A stretch of DNA of 64,000 bases, taken from assembly GCA_018069525.1 (NCBI GenBank), contig JAGPUQ010000024.1:13748-77747 (forward strand), given 5' to 3'. How positions within the stretch are numbered: position 1 is the first letter of the stretch; every line of letters starts with the position of its first letter. Source of the DNA: Porticoccaceae bacterium (GTDB lineage Bacteria; Pseudomonadota; Gammaproteobacteria; Pseudomonadales; Porticoccaceae). The notes beneath the pieces are model-generated. The model was given only the letters and a program-made list of their open reading frames with translations. It was not told the origin of the DNA and did no database searches. Below are positions 45,884-54,202 of this stretch, piece by piece. Position numbers and translations under genes: made by a program.

Positions 45884-45897
45884 TGACCTATAGGTCA
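45884..45897. promoter_or_regulatory. Perfect 14-bp palindrome TGACCTATAGGTCA upstream of the acyl-CoA dehydrogenase array
   Basis: Read directly, 86 nt upstream of the ATG at 45983. The decamer gttaacgcag also occurs twice in the same intergenic region. Confidence 0.35.
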
Positions 45898-45982
45898 GGA
45901 ATTGCTATTGTAAACGCTGTGCCAGCCTTCTATTGTGCAGCGCTGAGTTTTTATTTTAATAGATTATTGTCAGGGTTTTACT

Positions 45983-47146
45983 ATGGATTTTGCGTTGTTA
46001 GACGAACAGAAAATGATTTACCAGTACGGACAAAATATCGCTAAGGACTTTGACCGCAAATACTGGATGGATTGTGCCGACGCCTCTAGATTCCCCGAGG
46101 AGATGTATCAGCGGGTCGCCGACGACGGTTTTGTTGGCTTGATGGTGCCCGAGGCTTATGGCGGATCAGGTTTAGGGATGTTTGAAATGGGCTTGTTTAA
46201 CGAGGGTTTGTCGGAGCAGGGCACACCACTGCTGAGCCTGGTGATCGGTGCCACTATGTGTCTGGGTGCCATTAGTAAGCACGGTACAGAAGAGCAAAAA
46301 CAGCAGTATTTGCCGCCTTCCTGCCGGGGCGAAACACGTTTTTGCTTTGGTATTACCGAAGCCGATGCGGGTACCAATACCATTCGCATTAACACCATTG
46401 CCGCACCCCAGCCGAATGGTCGCTTCAAACTCAATGGTAGCAAAACCTATATTACCGATGCTAAAGAGTCGGACTATATGCTGCTGGTAACGCGCACGAC
46501 TCCGCACACGGAGGTAAAACGCAAAACCGAAGGCTTTACTTTGTTTATCGTCGATACCAAGGCAAAAGGTATCGAAATGCAGCCTATCGACATAAGTGTG
46601 CCAATTCCCGAAATGCAATATCAGATCTTTTTTGACGATGTGGACCTGGGACCCGAGCAGGTATTGGGTGAAGTTGATAAGGGTTTTGAGGTCTTATTCG
46701 ACTCCTTAAACCCCGAGCGTATTCTGGTGGGTTCTATCTGTGTGGGCCTGGGTCGCTACGCATTGGCAAGAGCTGTCGAGTACGCCAGCGAACGCTCGGT
46801 GTTTAAAGGGCCCATAGGAGCTTATCAGGCACTGCAACATCCTTTGGCCCGGGCTAAAACTGAAATTGAAGCGGCGTCGTTATTAACCCATAAAGCGGCG
46901 AGCTTGTTTGACCAGGGCGAGCCCTGTGGCGATGAGGCCAATATGGCGAAATTCGCCGCCTCGGAAGCCTGTGTGAACGCCGTGGATGCCGCGCTCCAGT
47001 GTTTTGGTGGCAATGGGTATACCAAGGAATATGGCATTTTTGACTTATACCCCGTCGCGCGTTTAATGAAGACAATACCGTTCAATAATGAAATGGTGTT
47101 GAATTATATCGGTGAGCGAGTGCTGGGTTTACCGCGATCTTACTAG
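45983..47146 (+). CDS. acyl-CoA dehydrogenase, array member 1
   Basis: 387 aa. ITE.DAGTN, ...KTYITDA..., and a C-terminal ..NEMVLNYIGE (catalytic Glu context). Confidence 0.85.
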   Translation: MDFALLDEQKMIYQYGQNIAKDFDRKYWMDCADASRFPEEMYQRVADDGFVGLMVPEAYGGSGLGMFEMGLFNEGLSEQGTPLLSLVIGATMCLGAISKHGTEEQKQQYLPPSCRGETRFCFGITEADAGTNTIRINTIAAPQPNGRFKLNGSKTYITDAKESDYMLLVTRTTPHTEVKRKTEGFTLFIVDTKAKGIEMQPIDISVPIPEMQYQIFFDDVDLGPEQVLGEVDKGFEVLFDSLNPERILVGSICVGLGRYALARAVEYASERSVFKGPIGAYQALQHPLARAKTEIEAASLLTHKAASLFDQGEPCGDEANMAKFAASEACVNAVDAALQCFGGNGYTKEYGIFDLYPVARLMKTIPFNNEMVLNYIGERVLGLPRSY

Positions 47147-47162
47147 CCACCGGCGCTACTAG
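47131..47162 (+). repeat. 16-bp x2 repeat spanning the ACAD-1 stop
   Basis: accgcgatcttactag / ccaccggcgctactag. Confidence 0.55.
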
Positions 47163-47213
47163 TTTTGCATTCGATTTGCTGGCTATAAACGCGAATTAAT
47201 TTGGAGGAAGAGT

Positions 47214-48377
47214 ATGGACTTTTTACTTTCTGACGAACAAAAAATGATTTACGACTATGGCGAGAGTCTGGCGAAAACCTATGACCGCGCCTACTGGATG
47301 GAACACGCCGAGCGTCGTGCTTTTCCGGTCGATATGTACAAGCAGATAGCCGCCGACGGATTTGTTGGAACCATGGTGCCGGAGCAGTACGGTGGTTCTG
47401 GTCTCGGTATGGTAGAGATGGCGCTGTTTAAAGAAGGGCTCTCCAATCAGGGTGTTCCGCTGTTGAGTTTGGTGGTGGGCGCCTGTATGTCGATGTCGGT
47501 TATTGGTAAATATGGCAGCGAAGAACAGAAACAAAACTATTTGCCCGCCGCCTGTAGCGGCGATATTCGCTTTTGTTTTGCCATTACCGAGCCGGACGCA
47601 GGAACCAATACCATTAAAGCGTCGACCATCGCAAAGCCCACCGCTGACGGTCGTTTTAAATTGACCGGACGTAAAACTTATATCACCGATGCTCTGGAAT
47701 CCGATTACGCTTTAGTGGTAACGCGCACCAAGCCACATACCGAAGTTGCGCGAAAAACCGATGGTTTTACGTTGTTTATTGTCGATACCAAATCGAAAGG
47801 TATTGAGATGCATCCGATCCCGGTAAGTATTCCCTTGCCGGAACTACAGTACCAGGTGTTTTTCGACGATGTGGATCTCGGCCCGGAAAACGTACTCGGT
47901 GAAGTCGATAAAGGTTTCGATATTCTGTTTGATTGCCTGAACCCAGAACGTATTTTGGTGGGTTCGATCAGCTGTGGTATCGGCCGCTTCGCAATGGATA
48001 AAGCCGTGGCCTATGCCAGCGAGCGCACCGTGTTTAAGGGCCCCATCGGGGCCTATCAGGCCTTGCAGCATCCACTGGCCAAAGCTAAAACTGAAATTGA
48101 GCTGGCCTCATTAATGACCCGCAAAGCCGCCTGGATGTACGATCAGAAAATGGAGTGTGGCGGTGAAGCCAGTATGGCGAAATATGCTGCTGCTGAAGCC
48201 TCTATCCACGCGGTGGATGCGTCGTTGCAATGTTTTGGGGGTAACGGTTACACCAAAGAGTATGGCATTTTTGATCTTTATCCGCTGGCGCGTTTGTTTA
48301 AAACTGCGCCGCTGAATAGCGAAATGGTATTGAATTACATCGGCGAGAAAGTACTGGGTTTACCGCGCTCCTATTAG
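47214..48377 (+). CDS. acyl-CoA dehydrogenase, array member 2
   Basis: 387 aa, collinear with member 1 without gaps. Roughly 70% identical by eye. Confidence 0.85.
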   Translation: MDFLLSDEQKMIYDYGESLAKTYDRAYWMEHAERRAFPVDMYKQIAADGFVGTMVPEQYGGSGLGMVEMALFKEGLSNQGVPLLSLVVGACMSMSVIGKYGSEEQKQNYLPAACSGDIRFCFAITEPDAGTNTIKASTIAKPTADGRFKLTGRKTYITDALESDYALVVTRTKPHTEVARKTDGFTLFIVDTKSKGIEMHPIPVSIPLPELQYQVFFDDVDLGPENVLGEVDKGFDILFDCLNPERILVGSISCGIGRFAMDKAVAYASERTVFKGPIGAYQALQHPLAKAKTEIELASLMTRKAAWMYDQKMECGGEASMAKYAAAEASIHAVDASLQCFGGNGYTKEYGIFDLYPLARLFKTAPLNSEMVLNYIGEKVLGLPRSY

Positions 48378-48437
48378 CCGGGCACTTATTAGCCGAGAAC
48401 TTATTAGCTGGGCACTGATTAAGCGCACAGTTATTAA
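48363..48437 (+). repeat. 15-bp x5 in-frame tandem repeat: the last 4 codons + stop of ACAD-2 reiterated
   Basis: ccgcgctcctatTAG / ccgggcacttatTAG / ccgagaacttatTAG / ctgggcactgatTAA / gcgcacagttatTAA. Confidence 0.9.
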
Positions 48438-48472
48438 ATTTTTGTAAAAAATATTATTACTGGAAAAAGCAC

Positions 48473-49636
48473 ATGAATTTCAATTTATCCGACGAACAAA
48501 AAATGATTTACGAGTACGGCCAAAGTCTGGCAAAAGATTTTGATCGTAAATACTGGAGCGAATGCGCCGAGCGCAAGGCCTTTCCTACCGAGATGTATCA
48601 GAAAGTCGCCGACGATGGTTTTGTCGGCATTATGGTGCCGGAAGCCTACGGTGGCTCGGGGCTGGGTATGTTCGAGATGGTGTTGTTCCAGGAAGGTTTG
48701 TCCAATATGGGTATTCCGCTGCTGAGCCTGGTGGTCGGGGCGACGATGTCCCTGTCCCCGATTGGAGATCACGGCACCGAGGAGCAAAAGCAAAAATACC
48801 TACCCGCTGGCTGTACTGGAGATCTGCGGTTTTGTTTCGCGATTACCGAACCGGATGCTGGTACCAATACCATGAAAACCTCCACCATGATTAAAGCAAC
48901 GGGTAATGGTGGCTATCGGCTCAATGGTCGAAAAACATTTATTACCGATGCCAAAGAGTCGGATTACATGTTGGTGGTGACGCGAAACAAGAGTCTCGAT
49001 GAGGTCGAGCGAAAGACCGACGGCTTCACCATTGTGATTGTTGATACCAAAGCCAAGGGTGTCGAAATGCATCCCATCGATGTCAGTATCCCAATGCCGG
49101 AATGTCAGTATCAGGTGTTTTTTGACGACGTTGAGATTGGTTCGGAAAATATTCTTGGTGAGGTCGGACGCGGTTTTGATATTTTGTTTGAATCCTTAAA
49201 CCCGGAGCGAATTATTCTCGCTGCGGTATGTACCGGTATTGGTCGCTACGCCATGGATCAAGCGGTGGCATATGCTAACGAGCGCGTGGTGTTTAAGGGC
49301 CCCATCGGGGCGTATCAAGCTTTGCAGCATCCACTGGCAAAAGGTAAAACCGAAATTGAATTGGCTTCGCTGATGACTCGCAAGGCGGCCTGGTTGTTTG
49401 ATCAAAAATTGCCTTGTGCTGCGGAAGCTAATATGGCGAAGTACGCGGGTGCGGAGGCCTCGATGCACGCCATCGACGCGTCTTTACAATGCTTTGGCGG
49501 TAACGGCTTTACCAAGGAGTACGGTATTTTTGATCTTTATCCCATGGCACGACTGTTGAAAACCGCGCCGCTGAATAGTGAAATGGTGCTGAATTATATT
49601 GGCGAGCATGTGATGGGTTTGCCGCGGTCTTACTAA
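48473..49636 (+). CDS. acyl-CoA dehydrogenase, array member 3
   Basis: 387 aa, collinear with members 1 and 2. Confidence 0.85.
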   Translation: MNFNLSDEQKMIYEYGQSLAKDFDRKYWSECAERKAFPTEMYQKVADDGFVGIMVPEAYGGSGLGMFEMVLFQEGLSNMGIPLLSLVVGATMSLSPIGDHGTEEQKQKYLPAGCTGDLRFCFAITEPDAGTNTMKTSTMIKATGNGGYRLNGRKTFITDAKESDYMLVVTRNKSLDEVERKTDGFTIVIVDTKAKGVEMHPIDVSIPMPECQYQVFFDDVEIGSENILGEVGRGFDILFESLNPERIILAAVCTGIGRYAMDQAVAYANERVVFKGPIGAYQALQHPLAKGKTEIELASLMTRKAAWLFDQKLPCAAEANMAKYAGAEASMHAIDASLQCFGGNGFTKEYGIFDLYPMARLLKTAPLNSEMVLNYIGEHVMGLPRSY

Positions 49637-49680
49637 GCGCGGTAAATTTAGCGCGGCAAATTAAATGCTGCTACTAGAGA
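49621..49680 (+). repeat. 15-bp x3-4 degenerate tandem repeat spanning the ACAD-3 stop
   Basis: gccgcggtcttacta / agcgcggtaaattta / gcgcggcaaattaaa / tgctgctactagaga. Confidence 0.65.
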
Positions 49681-49704
49681 ATGGAAACCATTAAGCGAGC
49701 GTTA

Positions 49705-51549
49705 TTAGGTCTGATGTTGAGTTGTTAGTAGTTCGGTCAATTGCTCAGCGGACAGCGCTTTGCTGAAATAGTAACCCTGCATCAGGTGACAACCGAGCTC
49801 GAGCAGGATATCCAGGTGTTCTTTAGTTTCCACGCCCTCGGCAATCGCCTCGGCGTCGTAGGCTCTGGCCAGGGTTTGTATCGCCGCAACCACGGTTTTG
49901 TCGCGATTACTTTCGGTAATGCCCTGAACAAAACTGCGGTCGATCTTGACGAAGTCGATGGGCAGCTCGCGTAGGCACGAGAGCGCGGCGCGGCCACTGC
50001 CAAAATTATCGATATTAAAGCGCACACCCAGGTTGCGGCAGGAATTCATAATGCGAGAGGCGCGCGCAGTGTCTTCGAGTGCGCCGGTTTCGCTGACCTC
50101 CAGGATAAGGCGATCCGCCGGGAAATCGGTGTGTTCGAGAAGCAGTGATTGCAGGGAGGGCAGAAAATCTTCTTCGAGGAATTCACGCGCAGAAATATTG
50201 ACGGTGACGCTTACCGATAGTTTGGCTTGCTGCCACACCAGGGTTTGCTTCATCGCGGTGCGCAATACGTGACGACCTAGTTCAAGAGTCAGGCGGGGGC
50301 CGTGACGCTCGACGGTGGTGATAAAGTCTTTGGCGTCGCGCATTGAGCCGTCGGGAAGACGCCAGCGAACCAGGGCCTCTACCGCGACAATATGATTATT
50401 TGTTACATCGACCACCGGTTGATAGTAGATGACCAGATCGTCATTTTTAAGTGCGCTGGCAACATTGGCAATCATTTCTTTACGTTGGCGCACAATGGCG
50501 GCGGTGTCGCTGTTGTACAGGCAGACCTGATTACCGCCGAACTGTTTGGCCTGGTACATGGCCAAATCCGCATTTTTCAGCATAGTGTTTGCGTCGCTTG
50601 CGTCTTCCGGATAAATAGCGATGCCGATACTTGGACTTACAGCTAGTGTGTCTTTTATCCCGGGAACTTCGATATTTAGTGCTTCGATAATACGATCGGC
50701 GGCGACCATAGGTTCATCGGGCCAGTCTTTATATTCCAGCAATACGACAAACTCATCGCCGCCGAGCCGACCAACGACGTCGCCAGTGCGCACCACGGAG
50801 TTTAAGCGCAAGGCCACGGTACATAAAAGTTCATCGCCAATAGCGTGACCAACCTGGTCGTTGACGGCCTTAAAACCATCGAGATCGATGACCATTAGCG
50901 CGATCAGGCGATCGTGGCGTTTGGCGCTGTCCAGAGCCGCTTCCAGGCGCGAGATGAAATACCCTCGGCTTGGTAATTTGGTGAGATCATCGTGATTGGC
51001 GCGATAAGTTAGGTTTTGTTCCAACTGAGTGCGTTCCAGGGCCAGGCCGATCTGAGAGGCTATGGTTTCGGTAAAGCTAATCGTGAGATCACTGGGTTGA
51101 GTAGCTTCTTTGCTAAACCAGGACAGCGTTAAGACCCCGATAGCCGTGCCGGCAACGATGATGGGAATGGCCAGATTTGAGCGCATGCCGCTTTCGATAA
51201 AGGCGTCGAGTGATTGGGGGTGGGCGGCGTAGTTAGGCACGAAAATGGACTTCTTCTGGCGTAAAGCTTGTCCGCTTATCCCCTGGCTTTTATTTAGTGT
51301 GAAATCGGTAAAGAGCTGCTGTTTTTCAGGACTCAGTCCGAGAAAGAATTTGTAGGTTAATTGTTTTTTTTCGTTCAGCGTGACCAGAGCGGCGGCATCG
51401 GCACCGACCAGGTCGGCGGCAACTTGTGCGGCTTTGCGGAAAAACTTTTCGAAATCTGTCTCTAACGACAGGGCACTAATAACCTGCCACAGAGCTTCGA
51501 CGCTTGCGGATTCTGGGCTTGTTATTGGATCAACCGCAGGCGTGGTCAT
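49705..51549 (-). CDS. GAF-GGDEF-EAL signalling protein (c-di-GMP turnover)
   Basis: RLGGDEFVVLL (GGDEF) and YYQPVVDV...AVEALVRW (EAL). The N-terminal region is GAF-like. Confidence 0.85.
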   Translation of the reverse strand: MTTPAVDPITSPESASVEALWQVISALSLETDFEKFFRKAAQVAADLVGADAAALVTLNEKKQLTYKFFLGLSPEKQQLFTDFTLNKSQGISGQALRQKKSIFVPNYAAHPQSLDAFIESGMRSNLAIPIIVAGTAIGVLTLSWFSKEATQPSDLTISFTETIASQIGLALERTQLEQNLTYRANHDDLTKLPSRGYFISRLEAALDSAKRHDRLIALMVIDLDGFKAVNDQVGHAIGDELLCTVALRLNSVVRTGDVVGRLGGDEFVVLLEYKDWPDEPMVAADRIIEALNIEVPGIKDTLAVSPSIGIAIYPEDASDANTMLKNADLAMYQAKQFGGNQVCLYNSDTAAIVRQRKEMIANVASALKNDDLVIYYQPVVDVTNNHIVAVEALVRWRLPDGSMRDAKDFITTVERHGPRLTLELGRHVLRTAMKQTLVWQQAKLSVSVTVNISAREFLEEDFLPSLQSLLLEHTDFPADRLILEVSETGALEDTARASRIMNSCRNLGVRFNIDNFGSGRAALSCLRELPIDFVKIDRSFVQGITESNRDKTVVAAIQTLARAYDAEAIAEGVETKEHLDILLELGCHLMQGYYFSKALSAEQLTELLTTQHQT

Positions 51550-51674
51550 TCGAAATAGTCATTCGGAATCAGTTAGTCAAAATCTGGAACGGCCAGTATG
51601 ACAGAACTGTAGTCAAAATATGCGACCATAGTCACACATTCACGGGCTTGCTAAGGTAAGCCGAGAGTGCGGAT

Positions 51675-52478
51675 TTAACCCTGGTCTGGGTCGACATCGC
51701 TACCTTCGTCAACATCATCTTGATTATCTTCGCTGGATTTTTGTTTTGCGCGGTACACCCAGCGACCGAAAAATACGCCGACCTCAAACAGTAACCACAT
51801 GGGTATTGCCAGCATGGCCTGGGAGATCACATCGGGTGGTGTTAGTAGCATGGCGAGAACAAAACAGCCGACGACGATATAAGGCCGTTTGTCAGTGAGG
51901 CCCCTGGGGGTGAGTACACCGGCCCAAATTAGAATGACGGTGGCAATGGGAATTTCAAAGGCGATGCCAAAGGCAAAAAATAATTTAAGTACGAAGTCCA
52001 GATAATAGGAAATGTCGGTCATCACTGCGACGCTTTCCGGGCCGACCTGGGTAAAAAACCCGAACACCGCAGGGAAAACGACGTAATAGGCAAACGCCAT
52101 TCCAGAGTAAAACAAAGCGACGCTGGAGATAAAAAGAGGCAGCACGATATGGCGTTCTTTTTGGTAAAGCCCCGGCGCCACAAAGGCCCATACTTGATAG
52201 AGAATAAACGGCATGGCTGCAAAGAGCGCCAGTATCAGGGTTAATTTAAACGGGGTCAGGAAGGGGGAGGCCACCTGAGTGGCGATCATGGTAGAGCCTT
52301 CCGGCAAGTACACTCTTAGGGGTTCGGAGACAAAAGTATAAAGCTCGTTGGCAAAGGGAAACATGCACAGGAATAACAGCGCGATCACCATCACCATACG
52401 CAGCAGGCGGTCGCGCAATTCGATCAGGTGATCGGCCAGGGCCATATTGTCGGAGGTGTTGGCGCTAGTCTCGCTCAC
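51675..52478 (-). CDS. tatC: twin-arginine translocase subunit TatC
   Basis: Polytopic protein with HLIELRDRLL near the N-terminus. It holds the canonical position after tatB. Confidence 0.9.
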   Translation of the reverse strand: MSETSANTSDNMALADHLIELRDRLLRMVMVIALLFLCMFPFANELYTFVSEPLRVYLPEGSTMIATQVASPFLTPFKLTLILALFAAMPFILYQVWAFVAPGLYQKERHIVLPLFISSVALFYSGMAFAYYVVFPAVFGFFTQVGPESVAVMTDISYYLDFVLKLFFAFGIAFEIPIATVILIWAGVLTPRGLTDKRPYIVVGCFVLAMLLTPPDVISQAMLAIPMWLLFEVGVFFGRWVYRAKQKSSEDNQDDVDEGSDVDPDQG

Positions 52479-52978
52479 TGCTCGGCCTTGCTGTGGTCTA
52501 TATCGGTGTTGTCAGCTTCGCTGCTCAGTTTGTTTGGCTTCTTGTCAGGAAGGTCGTCGGGCAAGTTGTCAGGAGCGTCGTGAGGAAAGCCGTCGGGTAT
52601 CTGATCAGGAAAGTCGTCGGGGAAGTCATCGTCATCGATAAAATCTATATCTTCAGCGTCCTGATCGAGGAGCGATGACTGATCACCGTCAGAGTCAGCG
52701 CCTTTAGCGGACTTGTTTTGCCCTTGATTGAACTGTTCCTCAACTTCCCTGCGCTCTTTGTCGAGTTGCTCAAGCAATAAGCTGTTGTGCACCTCGCGTT
52801 TGATTTCGTCGATGCCGAATTCCCGTTCCATTTCCTGACGGGCATCGCCGACGGTACGGCGCAGCTTGCCCGTCCAGTAGCCGATAAATCGAGCGGCTTC
52901 TGGTAGGCGCTTGGGCCCAATCACAATCAATGCGATCAGGCCAATCAACATTAATTCGGCGAAGCCGATATCGAACAC
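52475..52978 (-). CDS. tatB: twin-arginine translocase subunit TatB
   Basis: MFDIGFAELMLIGLIALIVIGPKRLPE. The C-terminal half is built of PD-rich repeats. Confidence 0.9.
   Translation of the reverse strand: MFDIGFAELMLIGLIALIVIGPKRLPEAARFIGYWTGKLRRTVGDARQEMEREFGIDEIKREVHNSLLLEQLDKERREVEEQFNQGQNKSAKGADSDGDQSSLLDQDAEDIDFIDDDDFPDDFPDQIPDGFPHDAPDNLPDDLPDKKPNKLSSEADNTDIDHSKAEQ
52544..52639 (-). repeat. In-frame 12/24-bp tandem repeats encoding the acidic PDxF/L tail of TatB
   Basis: gtcaggaaggtcgtcgggcaagtt / gtcaggagcgtcgtgaggaaagcc / gtcgggtatctgatcaggaaagtc / gtcggggaagtcatcgtcatcgat (plus-strand reading). Confidence 0.75.
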
Positions 52979-53033
52979 GGGAAGCTCTCTAGCTGATTAG
53001 ATAGGGGGAGTGGGGATGCTTAGGAGGTGAGGC

Positions 53034-53297
53034 CTAAACCTTGGTTTCTTCTTTACTGCTTTCTTCAGCGCTTTCTTCAGCGCTTGCTTCTGCACTTTGC
53101 TGGGTCATATCAGCGGCGTCTTCGCCATCTTCTACCTGTTTTTGCTCGTCGTCTTTGTTGCCCATGGCGTCTTTGAAGCCCTTGATTGCGCCACCGACAT
53201 CGCCACCGATATTTTTAAGCCGCTTGGTGCCGAAAATCAGCAATACGATTGCCAAAATAATCAGCAGTTGCCACATACTAATGCCACCTAAGCCCAT
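53034..53297 (-). CDS. tatA: twin-arginine translocase subunit TatA
   Basis: [27 protein letters not shown]. The C-terminal tail [12 protein letters not shown] comes from 12-bp x3 repeats at 53058-53093. Confidence 0.9.
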   Translation of the reverse strand: MGLGGISMWQLLIILAIVLLIFGTKRLKNIGGDVGGAIKGFKDAMGNKDDEQKQVEDGEDAADMTQQSAEASAEESAEESSKEETKV

Positions 53298-53310
53298 AAC
53301 GTTCTCCTAA

Positions 53311-53655
53311 TTATTTGTTGCGGCTGGCTTTTTCGTCCAGCCCGGATAGACCGAAACGACGGTCGAGTTCCTGTAGTACAGACCCGGCATTCTCGCCCAG
53401 GTGGGAGAGCATTACCAGTGAATGAAACCAAAGGTCGGCAGTTTCGCTAATCAACTCACTGCAATCGCCACTTTGTGCTGCGTCTTTGGCGGCCAGTACT
53501 GTTTCCGTGCACTCTTCGCCGACTTTTTCGAGGATTTTGTTTAAACCCTTTGCGTGCAGGCTGGCGACGTAGGACTGGTCAGGATCGCCACTCTTCCTGG
53601 CCTCGAGAACCTCGGTGAGTTGTTGCAGGGTGTTGTTGGTCAAAGCATCGCTCAT
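53311..53655 (-). CDS. hisE: phosphoribosyl-ATP pyrophosphatase HisE
   Basis: [31 protein letters not shown]...[13 protein letters not shown]. Confidence 0.9.
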   Translation of the reverse strand: MSDALTNNTLQQLTEVLEARKSGDPDQSYVASLHAKGLNKILEKVGEECTETVLAAKDAAQSGDCSELISETADLWFHSLVMLSHLGENAGSVLQELDRRFGLSGLDEKASRNK

Positions 53656-53689
53656 GGTGTGTTTACGTCTTGTGTATTGGAATAACTCG

Positions 53690-54163
53690 TCAGGATGAAT
53701 ACAGCTGTTTTGGGTCTTTTAACACGGCGTCTATGGTTTGCCATTTGCCGTCTTCAAATTTCCGGTAAAAACAAGTTGCTCTACCCGTATGACAGGCGAT
53801 GCCGCCGACCTGTTCCACCTGCAGCAAAATAACATCCTGATCGCAATCGAGACGCAATTCGCGGATAAGCTGGATGTTCCCAGATTCTTCGCCTTTGCGC
53901 CATAACTTTTGGCGGGAGCGGGACCAGTACACGGCCCGCTGTTCTGCAACGCTTAGCGCCAGGGCTTCCCGGTTCATCCACGCCACCATCAATACCGTAC
54001 CGCTGCTGGCGTCCTGGGCAATGGCGGGCACCAGACCGTCGGCGTTCCAGCGCACCTCGTCAAGAAACGCGGTATCAGCGGTATCAATAGCGGGGCTTGA
54101 TGGCGCGCCAGTGGCGGGATTTGATGGGGCGCCAGTGGCGGAATTTGATGGAGAATCGGACAC
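53690..54163 (-). CDS. hisI: phosphoribosyl-AMP cyclohydrolase HisI with a repeat-derived N-terminal extension
   Basis: GLVPAIAQD...MVAWMN...[17 protein letters not shown]...[10 protein letters not shown]. The N-terminus [20 protein letters not shown] is encoded by 24-bp repeats. Confidence 0.9.
   Translation of the reverse strand: MSDSPSNSATGAPSNPATGAPSSPAIDTADTAFLDEVRWNADGLVPAIAQDASSGTVLMVAWMNREALALSVAEQRAVYWSRSRQKLWRKGEESGNIQLIRELRLDCDQDVILLQVEQVGGIACHTGRATCFYRKFEDGKWQTIDAVLKDPKQLYSS
54094..54163 (-). repeat. 24-bp x~3 in-frame tandem repeat at the 5' end of hisI
   Basis: ttgatgg recurs at 54097, 54121 and 54145. The units encode PSN(S/P)ATGA. Confidence 0.8.
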
Positions 54164-54202
54164 GTTATCGCTGCCAAAAGTGTTGTATTAAAGCTGATTA
54201 TC

